NCBI GenBank assembly: GCA_002269645.1
Contig: NIVC01001079.1
Coordinates: 1 to 64,000 of the forward strand
Origin: Macrostomum lignano
Taxonomy: Eukaryota
Reading direction: 5' to 3'
Length of the DNA: 64,000 bases
The notes beneath the pieces were generated by a model. It did no database searches. It was not told where the DNA came from and saw nothing but the letters and a program-made list of their open reading frames with translations. Every line of letters begins with the position of its first letter. Position 1 is the first letter of the stretch. Positions 11,401-23,400 of the stretch are shown piece after piece. Made by a program: the position numbers and the translations under genes.

Positions 11401-14400
11401 ATTTAAAATCCATCTGCTTCTAAACTGATCATGATGAAATATGCTCATTATTAATGCATATACGCTTGCACTCTGAGTGAGTAGTGCTGTCGCTGTGGTC
11501 CTAAACTCTCGCTTAGAGCTTTGCGGTGTCCGACTGTCTTTGGCCTTAGTAAAGCGAATACTCTTATAGAAGCTCTTTCTAGATAATGTAATTTTATTGG
11601 TGAACTTCAAACTGGCCATTTATAGCAGCAGCAGGGAGGGGCACATTGTTGCCTTTATGTTGTTCGTTTTCATATTGGTATGCGGTATCCATATAGCTAT
11701 TTAAATATTTAATACGTTTTTCCTGCATCTGTATGGTCGGCGGCTCTAATCTTGCAGAGACGCGAGCGAAATCGCTTACTCTGGAGAGACCGGCCAGGGA
11801 GTTGCTAATCTGGTCACTGCTTGTCGGCAAGCTGCAGATGGCGGAGCTGTTCTGGACAATGGAGAAGGTGGGTTTGCCAAGCATAAAGAAAGACTCTTTT
11901 GTCAGTGTCAGTCCTCACTTTGAACCAGCGTCTGATGATGATGCCTGAGTACCAGTGGAGTACAGACGGAGTACAGAGTACTTGTGTACATGTAGGAGCA
12001 TGCAAACAAATTCACAGTGTGTTAATAATCAATCCAAGAAAATATTAAAAGTTTACGCGCAAACGCGTACCCGTATAAAGACAAAGGGCCTGTCAACTTA
12101 AGCTCATAAAGTGGAACCCGAGTAATCTACGCTCGTATTCATATGTACACAAATGATACGTCATTCTGCTCACAGTGACGAAAGTTGGACTTGGGATAAG
12201 TGAGAATAAGCAAGGGAATAATTGGAAATATATAAACTTGAGCTATGCTCATAAAGTGGAGTCCCTAATTATCCCCTCGCTTATTCTCACTTATCCCAAG
12301 TCTAACTTTCGTCGCTTTTTTGCCAAACTCAGCTTCCTGGTGTCACTGTGAGCAGAATGATGTATCATTTGTGTACATAGATTACTCGGGCTCCACTTTA
12401 TGAGCTTGAGTTGACAGGCCCATTTTCCAATCGTCCACTCATCCAGGAGCCAATCGCCGCAGCCCTGCTCTCCTCAATGATTCTCAAAGCCATGGGCGGT
12501 CGAACAGACGATTTCACCGACAAAGAAGACTTCCAACGCGGAGCTTCCCAGTTTGAGGACTACGCTTTAGGCGTCCTCGACCAGTGCTATCGGAGGACGA
12601 GCGTCGGGCGCAGTTCCTCATCAATCGAGAGCTGGCATTCTACGGAGACAGCTCCTGCATCTACCTGGCCGCCGAAGGTGAGAGCATCAAATTCATGGCG
12701 CACCCGTGCTGCCAAGACTTCCTGACCAGCACCTGGATGGGTCGGCTGAGTCCGAAGAACGCCATGGCTCGATTCTCGTTCGGCATCCTATGCGGCATGT
12801 GCTGCCCCCTGCTCATACCTAAGGTGATGCTGTTCAAGCTCACTGAGGAGGAGGCTCAGAAGCAGCAGGCCATCACTCAGCAGCAGCAACAGCAGGAGGA
12901 GCAACAGCAGCAGCAGCAGCAGCAACTGCAACTGCAACAACAGCAGAGGCAGCAACAGCTGGTCAAGACGCCCAGTCCAGAAGGCGTAGTTGTGGACATG
13001 AACGAGGACGGCGAGGAAGCTCAGTATTATCCGGGCCAGGAAAAGTAAGTCGGTTTTAAAATTTATCGATTATTTAACGATTCGCTAACTTTTTAAAGTT
13101 AAGGGAGATTCTCGTGGCGATTAGGGCGATTCTCGTGATGGATTAGGGCGATTCTAGTGATGGTTTAAGGCGATTCTCAGGATGGATTAGAGCGATTCTC
13201 GTGATGGTTAAGGGCGATTCTCAGGATGGATTAGGGCGATTCTCAAAATGTATTGAGAATCGTGCTGTCACGAGATTAATAATTTTGAGTGATGCCTCTA
13301 TTTAAAATTTATATTTACATGAACTATAAACTATTTTAGGCCTATTCATTTATTTATTTTTTTATTTATTTATTTTTATTTATTTATTTATTTACGTGTT
13401 TGCAGCTCCCATGCTTAATACACGGGGATTATTTCTGCATGTTTTGTTTAGAAGTTTTTTCTTCTGATTATGGAATTTTAAATGGTTTGTCGCCTTTAAT
13501 AAATATAGTTTGTATTGATTTGCTTGCTATCAATATTTACATTTAATACGGGATGGGTGGTTGGAAGGACACGAGAGGCGTATGTTGGTTGCTTGCCATC
13601 AAGATTATGAATCACTTTGAACAGTTTTTGCTGCTTTTATTTGTAAACAAAAATCATTGGCATTTCATTTCTCACCGAATGCAAATCCTGCTTATAATAT
13701 GTATATAGGCCGCCCAAGTTCATTACGAAAAATTCGTAAGTATCGGAGTTTGCAACAGCAGAGTACTATAGCTTACAGTTCCTACTAATATTCAAACTAA
13801 GGTTCACCATGCCTAATAGACTGAGTCGGAATAGACTGTGTCAGAATAAACTGTGTCAGAATAGACTGTGTCAGAATAAACTGTGTCAGAATAGACTGTG
13901 TCAGAATATACTGTGTCAGAGTAGACTGTGTCAGAATAGACTGTGTCAGAATAGACTGTGTCAGAATAGACTGTGTCAGAATAGACTGTGTTAGAATAGA
14001 CTGTGTCAGAATAGACTGTGTCAGAATAGACTGTGTCAGAATAGATTGTGTCAGAATAGACTGTGTCAGATTAGACTGTGTCAGAATACACTGTGTCAGA
14101 ATACACTGTGTCAGAATAGACTGTGTCAGAGTAGACTGTGGGAGAATAGACTGTGTCAGAATAGACTGTGTCAGAATAGACTGTGTCAGATTAGACTGTG
14201 TCAGAATAGACTGTGTCAGAATAGACTGTGTCAGAATAGACTGTGTCAGAGTAGACTGTGGGAGAATAGACTGTGTCAGAATAGACTGTGTCAGAATAGA
14301 CTGTGTCAGATTAGACTGTGTCAGAATAGACTGTGTCAGAATAGACTGTGTCAGAATAGACTGTGTCAGAATAGACTGTGTCAGAGTAGACTGTGTCAGA

Positions 14401-17400
14401 ATAGACTGTGTCAGAATAGACTGTGTCAGAATAGACTGTGTCAGAATAGACTGTGTCAGAATAGACTGTGTCAGAATAGACTGTGTCAGAATAGACTGTG
14501 TCAGAATAGACTGTGTCAGAATAGACTGTGTCAGAGTAGACTGTGTCAGAATAGACTGTGTCAGAATAGACTGTGTCAGAATAGACTGTGTCAGAATAGA
14601 CTGTGTCAGAGTAGACTGTGTCAGAATAGACTGTGTCAGAATAGACTGTGTCAGAATAGACTGTGTCAGAATAGACTGTGTCAGAATAGACTGTGTCAGA
14701 ATAGACTGTGTCAGAATAGACTGTGTCAGAATAGACTGTGTCAGAATAGACTGTGTCAGAATAGACTGTGTCAGAATAGACTGTGTCAGAATAGACTGTG
14801 TCAGAATAGACTGTGTCAGAATAGACTGTGTCAGAATAGACTGTGTCAGAATAGACTGTGTCAGAATAGACTGTGTCAGAATAGACTGTGTCAGAGTAGA
14901 CTGTGTCAGAATAGACTGTGTCAGAATAGACTGTGTCAGAATAGACTGTGTCAGAATAGACTGTGTCAGAATAGACTGTGTCAGAATAGACTGTGTCAGA
15001 ATAGACTGTGTTAGAATAGACTGTGTCAGAATAGACTGTGTCAGAATAGACTGTGTCAGAATAGATTGTGTCAGAATAGACTGTGTCAGAATAGACTGTC
15101 AGAATAGACTGTGTCAGAGTAGACTGTGTCAGAATAGACTGTGTCAGAATAGATTGTGTCAGAATAGATTGTGTCAGAATAGACTGTGTCAGAATAGACT
15201 GAGTCGGAATACACTGTGTCAGAATAGACTGTGTCAGAATAGATTGTGTCAGAATAGACTGTGTCAGAATAGACTGTGTCAGAGTAGACTGTGTCAGAAT
15301 AGACTGTGTCAGAGTAGACTGTGTCAGAATAGACTGTGTCAGAATAGATTGTGTCAGAATAGACTGTGTCAGAATAGACTGTGTCAGAGTAGACTGTGTC
15401 AGAATAGACTGTGTCAGAATAGACTGTGTCAGAATAGACTGTGTCAGAATAGACTGTGTCAGAATAGACTGTGTCAGAATAGACTGTGTCAGAATAGATT
15501 GTGTCAGAATAGACTGTGTCAGAATAGACTGTGTCAGAGTAGACTGTGTCAGAATAGACTGTGTCAGAATAGACTGTGTCAGAATAGAGAAATAGAGAAC
15601 ACTAATCCCTCAGATAATAATAATATAGCAGTAATGACTTAGTCACCAAACCCTCACAGACACAAGAATATTTAATATTCCCAGCATGCATTCTACTCGT
15701 TCTACAAAACCAATTTCACCCAAGAAAACGTTGCACTTTAACCTTTGTTAATGTTTTAAATTTTTGTTTATTTTGACAAAAATGTGTTTTAGGATGCGTC
15801 ATAACAGACTATCATTGCATGCCTGCATCTTAAACAATATTTTGTTGCTCAAGTCGTCTGCCAATAGTATAACTTAAAAGCCCATAGTAAACTAACAGCG
15901 TTTAATGTTTATTTGTTTAAATGCATGCCTATTTTTTTTAAATGTTCGTAAACATTTAAACAAATATGCTGAGCAATCAAATTTCTCAGTCAGTCAGACA
16001 ACCAGCTGGGAGCGCAATTCGATGGCGCCAGCCTTCAGAGCTCGGAGGATGAGTGGGTTGCCAGAATCTAGCTAAGCTCGAAATAATATCGATTGCCGTG
16101 TCATCGGAACTAACTCTACCAACCTAACTGTTTATGCCTTAGAACTGTTTTCAAGTTCTCTTGATAACTCAAACAGACGCGAGAATGAATGAAAAGAACT
16201 TTTATCCATTAACTAGTAATAATTTGTTGATTCTTTAAAGCCGGAATGTGTACTTTTGTTAGAGAATAATTAATAGGCTTTTTTTCTCTTCATAAGAATC
16301 ATAAGAATTTAAGCTTTGAGAATTTCGAAATGGGAGTTTTCGGAATCTCTGACACTTTCTCATTCTCATCTTTGGGGTGAGATTGTGGAATCTCATTCTC
16401 ATCATTGGGTGCGATTGTGAAATCTCTCACAGTTTCCATTCTAATCATTGTGGTACCGGGTTCGATTCCTGCAAAGAGCGAGCGGCTTTGCCTTCGGTTG
16501 CTTCAATTCGTATAGTTTCTATTTTTAGCCCACAGGGGCAGCAAGTGCGTCAGCTGGCCCGCGGGCTGCAGCAACTCACGCTGAAATGCATAGAAAGTCA
16601 CGTTGAGTCTGTTGCGAGCTGTTGTGAGCCACAGCCTGACTAATATTGACCCTTCCAGCCCCTCCATTATTAGACTCTGTCGATACAAATAGGGGTCCAA
16701 TAGCCCTCCTCCTCTGGCAGCCCGTGTGGCCTAATGGATAAGGCGTCTGCCTCCTAAGTAGAAGATTGCGGGTTCGAGTCCCGTCACGGGTAGCGTTTGA
16801 ATAATTTTTTGTCAGCTGACTGAGCCATTCCAGTTCGGTGTCGGTCTGTTGGATGATGCCGGTCTTAGAATCATTACCAAATTTAGTTGAAGGTGTGCCA
16901 GCGGCCCAGGCTCGATTCCAAGTGCAGTCACATTAATATTGGGGCTAAATCGGAATCTCGGCTTGGCTCTGCTCATGCAATTAACGCCCGGCCCAGATTG
17001 AGGGCCAACCCCCAATGCACAGTGAAGTGTACATGCCTTACGATAATTAATAAAGTTAGGGCCGCTGTACATTCCTGAGTGAGTGTGTGCCTGTGCGTAT
17101 GACTGCGTACGTATCCGCGCGCCGCCGGTTGTGTGACAATGTCGCTTTAAGTGCGCCAGGTGGGTTGCTTTCACAAACGCAAAATTTCACAACCGCTAAA
17201 TCACCTACTTTCACAACCGCGAAACTTCATAACCACGAAACTTCACAACCGCTAAAAAGACTGCAGTACGAGCTATACGAAAGTAAATGCAAAATTTTTC
17301 GCGGTTATGAAGTTTCGCGTTTATGAAACCCACCCCGGCAGGTGCCCGCGCAACCCCCAGTCTCCTGATAAAAGCTAGGCTTTTCAGTTTCGGCCATAGA

Positions 17401-20400
17401 CACTATAGGCAGCAATTTCTAAGAACCAAATAAAACTCGGATTAAATTCAAGTACATTAATTCAGATATCTCGCATTTTATTTGTTAGAATGATTAGCCC
17501 GCTAATACCAAAACTTGCGCCTGGCGCGCCTATATACATAAATTTTTTTGGCTAGACTAATAGACTAATGCTATATGCTACTAAAATGTGTTATTCGAAA
17601 GTTTTACCGACGTACTTTCATATTTCTATCTATTCGGCTACCCCCCCCCCAGCGTGCAAAGCTCGGAAAGCCTGAACTGTCGGCAGGTGATCGCACGAAT
17701 TCGCGACTTCTACATGGCTCCCGTAATTCGATTCGTGTACAATACGGTGAGGACCGAGAAATTGCTTGCCATGCTACTCACTAGCACAGTTGTTAGTAGT
17801 GTAGCTCAGATAGGAAACATGTAAATTTCAGAGATTATTTTTAAGGTAACGCTTTGAGTGTTTAAATATTGTCATAAGCTCATTCATGGCTTCACAGTTT
17901 CGAGTTTAGAATGTTAAAGTTAATTGAGCTTAAAGCTTTTGAAGATTGGAGCTTAGATTTTGAGGCTTGGAGCTTAGATTTTGAGGCTTGGAGCTTAGAT
18001 TTTGAGGCTTGGAGCTTAGATTTTGAGGCTTGGAGCTTAGATTTTGAGGCTTGGAGCTTAGATTTTGATGCTTAGAGCTTAGCTTTTGAGGCTTGGAGCT
18101 TAGATTTTGAGGCTTGGAGCTTAGCTTTTGAGGCTTGGAGCTTAGCTTTTGAGGCTTGGAGCTTAGATTTAGAGGCTTGGAGCTTAGATTTTGAGGCTTG
18201 GAGCTTAGATTTAGAGGCTTGGAGCTTAGATTTTGAGGCTTGGAGCTTAGATTTTGAAGATTCGAGCTTAGATTTTGATGATTCGAGCTTAGATTTTAAA
18301 GATTCGAGCTTAGATTTGGATTATTCGAGCTTAGATTTGATGATTCGAGCTTAGATTTTGAAGATTCGAGCTTAGATTTCGATTATTCAAGCTTAGATTT
18401 TGAAGATTCGAGCTTAGATTTCGATTATTCGAGCTTAGATTTTGAAGATTCGAGCTTAGATTTTGAAGATTCGAGCTTATATTTTGAAGATTCGAGCTTA
18501 TATTTTGAAGATTCGAGCTTAGATTTTGAAGATTCGAGCTTAGATTTTGAAGATTCGAGATTGCATTTTGATGATTCGAGCTTCCACCCCCTTGCAGATC
18601 TCCTACGTGGCATTTCTAGTCATCTTCAGCTACATGCTGCTGTACGAGCTCACTCACGCTATTAAACCTCTGGAGTACGTGGTGATCGGCTGGATGGTCA
18701 CCCTGCTTCTAGAGGAAATCAAGCAGGTGAGGCATTGCTTGATTATAATTTCTTGAAAAAAAATTGATCACATCCATGAGAAAACAAAGAAGAATTAAAT
18801 CGTTAATTTTTGTCACACCTTCATTTTTCGCCTCTTTTTCAGATATTAACAGTACGTCAGAACCCTTCCAACAGCGCTGTGTCCCGCCTTTTATAGCACC
18901 CCTCCCAGCGACTCTATATTACGCACACTACTATTATTAGTATGATGCAAGAATAATCATTTTTAGTTTTCTCTTTTTTTCCGTTTTCGTTGAATTGAGT
19001 TTCTGATCTGGTTAAAGCAGTTTTCCTATTCGGTGATAGAGATTCGCACTCATGCTACTTATTAGTAACTATAGTACGCGCACAGTTTTGACTCTTGAAA
19101 CAGCTAGGCGTGCTTCTTTTAGAGGCAATTAGAAGTTACAATTATTCGTCTAACTATTAGTCTCTGGAATTTAGTTTAATGCGACTATATCGCTTCCCGT
19201 ATTCGTCACACAGTTAGAGACTTAGCAATCTAAAGTTGTCGTTGCATCGCTTCCATCATATGATATTGTAATGTTGAGTTTATCAGCAATTATATAAATG
19301 TTACTTGTTTACAGAAATGTACTAATATGTCTGAACATGGATCATACGGATATCAAAGTTGAGGGTACGAATGGGGGGAGAGTTCAGATAAGAAATGATC
19401 GATAATAGGGTGTATGGGAACGCGTGGAAGGATTGGGTGTCGAGATTTGGGTAGGAATTGAGGAAGAGAGAAAGAATTAAGAAACGAACGATAATAGGGG
19501 GTGTGGAAAGGCGTGGAAGGGGTGGGTGTCGAGAATGGGGTAGGAATTGAGAAAGAGAGAGAATGAACGAGCGATCATAGAGTGTGTGGAAAGGCGTGGA
19601 AGGGGTGGGTGTCGAGATTGGGGTAGGAATTGAGAAAGAGAGAGAATGAACGAGCGATAATAGGGGGTGTGGAAAGGCGTGGTAGGGGTGGGTGTCGAGA
19701 CTGGGGTAGGAATTGAGAAAGAGAGAGAATGAACGAGCGATAATAGGGGGGTGTGGAAACGCGTGGTAGGGGTGGGTGTCGAGATTGGGGTAGGAATTGA
19801 GAAAGAGAGAGAATGAACGAGCGATAATAAGGGGGTGTGGAAAGGCGTGGAAGGGGTGGGTGTCGAGAATGGGGTAGGAATTGAGAAAGAGAGAGAATGA
19901 ACGAGCGATAATAGGGGGTGTGGAAAGGTGTGGAAAGGGTGGGTGTCGAAGGAATGGAGACTGAGATCAGATAAGGAACGATTGTCATCGGGTGTATAAT
20001 ACACTGTAGCGCCCAAATTTTGAAAATATAATTATGACGGAACTTGCTTAACCACACATACACAAGTTAGCTAATCCCAACAACCAATTATTCAAAAAGA
20101 CGCGATGTACTTCCCTTGGTTAGCTTCATAGTTTTCCAAAAGTGCGTTTGCATGCAAGTATCAAAGATTAATCATAAACTGGGTGTTGTATCCTGTCTGT
20201 TTATTTCGATTATTACGCCTAGATGTTGCTAAATGAGTCTGTATCTCCAGATTAGAAATGCCTGCTCGTTATCATTGCGCAAAGGAAATTGTATGCAAAA
20301 ACATGTTGTTGCTGATGTTTATGAAAGTCCCAGCTGGATTATACGGGCTTATTAGTGAAAGCCCACTTCGCATTGTTATGATACAACTAGTATCCAGGAA

Positions 20401-23400
20401 ATTTCGTTGCTATCACCAATTTTTTTAAGATTGCTGGAGTTTCCCGTTGCTGTAAATGCATATAGAGAGATTTCTGTTGCTATAGAAACATTTCAAAAAA
20501 TCTTCGTGGTAATGAAAATAGTTATAGAGATTGCCTCTCTAATATATATAAAAGTATCTAGAAGATACCCATTGCTAGGGCAATTATTTTTTTAAATATG
20601 AGCGTATAAATTGCTATGGAAGTATCTAGGGAAATCCCTAGTTGCTATGAAAGTATCTAGGGAAATCCTGGTTGCTATGGAAGTATCTAGGGAAATCCTG
20701 GTTGCTATGGAAGTATCTAGGGAAATCCTAGTTGCTATGGAAGTATCTAGGGAAATCCCTAGTTGCTATGGAAGTATCTGGGAAAATCCTAGTTGCTATG
20801 GAAGTATCTAGGGAAATCCTAGTTGCTATGGAAGTATCTAGGAAAATCCTAGTTGCTATGGCCAACCACAGTTGCTAGGGGAGATACTTAAAGCAGAAAT
20901 ACTTCACTCCCAAAGTAAACCACCCCCAATCAAAAACGCAGGCCACAATGTCCGGCATCAGCTTCTCAACGTACATCTCGGACAGCTGGAACAAGCTGGA
21001 CTGCATAGCTGTCGGCCTGTTCACTCTGGGCTTCATCTTGCGCATGATCTCCCTGATAAGCGACGTCCAATCAGACGAGCCCGGCTATGACGTCATTCTG
21101 ACTAGCGAGTTCTTCATCATAGCGAGAATCTGCTACGCTTTCAGCTTGTTCGCTTACTACATCAGGCTGATGTACATCTTCAGCTTCCACATCGCCCTGG
21201 GGCCCAAGCTGATCATGATTGGCAAGATGGTCATCAACGATCTGGTGCCGTTCATGGTCATCCTGTTGGTCTTTGTCCTGGGCTACGGCGTGGCGGCCCA
21301 GTCCATCGCCTACCCAACGGGTCTCTACACCCCGGAGATCGATTACAACAAAACTTTTCCGCCAAGGATGAGCCAAATGGAAGTGTTGGTCAACTTTTTG
21401 ACCAAATCCTATTTTCAAATGTTTGGCGAATTTTCGTTGGAGACGGTCCAGGCTAGGGGTGAGTTCCTTTGAAACTTTGAATTCTATAATCAAAATCAGC
21501 CAATCATTAAGCAGTCAGAGTCAACCAATCAGCTTCAACCGATCAGAATCAGCCAATCAAAACCAGCTAATTATAATTAACCAATAGGAATTTACCAATC
21601 AGAATGTACCAATCGCAATGGACCACTTAGAAACAATAGATTGGAACCAACCAATCAGAATCGATTGATCGGAACCAACCAATCAGAACTAATAGATCGT
21701 AACCAACCAATCAGAATCAATAGATGGGAACAACCAGTCAGAATCGATTAATCGGAACCAACCAATCAGAATCAATAATGGATCGGAACCAACCAATCAG
21801 AATCGATCGAGTTGAACCAACCAATCAAAATCCATCGATCGGAAGCAACCAATCAGAATCGGTCAATTAGCATTGACTAATAGGAGTTCCAAATGTACTT
21901 ATACAGAACCGACCAATCAGAGCTGACTAATTAAACCACTGCCTTATAATCTGAGATTAAACCAAATTCCAGATGACGGATGCAAGAATGACGGCCAGTG
22001 CCCTCACTGGACGGCCACCTGGCTGGTTCCCGTGATGCTGGGAGTGTATGTCCTGCTAACCAACATCCTCATGTTCAACCTGCTGATTGCCATGTTCTCC
22101 AGCACCTATGAGCTCATCAACCAGTTCTCGGCGTTGCACTGGAACTACCAGCGGTACAGCATGATCAAGGAGTACATCGAACGGTCGCCATTGGCGCCAC
22201 CTTTGATCTTCATCTGGCACGCGTACCAGCTGGGTTTCTACATCCAGCTGCGCTACAACGGCCTCAGGCGGTCGGACCTGTACGACCCGCTGAAAATCAA
22301 GTACATCGACAACGTGAAGAAAGAGCGCGAGCTCATCAAGTGGGAGCACATGAAGGCCATGGACTACTTGAGAAATGGCCAGGAGGCTCAACAGAAAAGT
22401 CGGGGCGGTCGAGGCGATTCAAAGTCGATCATCGTCAGAACCTCGGGACCGCAGCCGGCCGCTGGAGGCGGTCAGTCGATGTTTCCCAGTGCTGCGATGG
22501 ACATGGCCAAGCAGATGACGGATGCCACCAGTGGCATCGGCATGGAGCTGGAGAAGAAGTTCAAGGTGCAATTTCCGTGTCTGACAGAATGGGATTTCCC
22601 TGTCTGACAGGCGGGATTTCCGTGTCTGAAAGGCGGAATTTCGGTGTCTGACAGGCGGGATTACCGTGTCTGACAGGCGGGATTTCCGTGTCTGACAGAA
22701 TGGGATTTCCCTGTCTGACAGGAGGGATTTCGGTGTCTGACAGGCGGGATTTCCGTGTCTGACAGGAGGAATTTCGGTGTCTGACAGGCGGGATTTTCGT
22801 GTCTGACAGGCGGGATTGCCTTGTCTGAAAGGCGGAATTTCGGTGTCTGACAGGCGGGATTACCGTGTCTGACAGGCGGTATTTCCGTGTCTGACAGAAT
22901 GGGATTTCCCTGTCTGACAGGAGGGATTTCCGTGTCTGTATCTAACAGCTCAGTTGTGTATCTAACAGCCCAGTTGTGTATCTAACAGCTTAGCTGTGTA
23001 TCTAACAGCTCAGTTGTGTATCTAACAGCCCAGTTGTGTATTTAACAGCCCAGTTGTGTAACCAACAGTCGTGTTCCTTGTCTCCCCCAGGGTGTCGACA
23101 CTCAGTTAAACAAACTCGGTGCGGATTTGGACGGTCGGGTCGGCGAGCTGTCTACAGCAGTGCAGGGCGTCTCCCAGCTGCTGGCGTCAGTGCAGGAGAC
23201 TCAGCGACAGATTCTCGAAAAGTTGGGTGAGCGGCCCACGGAGCCCATTCCTGCTGTGGACCCGCAGCTCGAGTCGCGAGTACGCAGTGTGGTGCTGGAG
23301 ATGTACCAGGCGCCGCCGGCCTGGTTTGAGGAGGCGGCCAGACAGGCTGCATCAGCGGCTCTGCAGGTGAGAGGAGCGGCGAAGATTTTTCACATCTTTC

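Noticed and set aside
14046-15642. Long (QNRLC)n ORFs
   Set aside because: Translation of a 15-bp intronic minisatellite; a unit length divisible by 3 gives open frames by chance.
16529-16643. Possible extra TRPM exon (PQGQQVRQLARGLQQL)
   Set aside because: Good acceptor but no convincing phase-compatible donor; runs to a stop.
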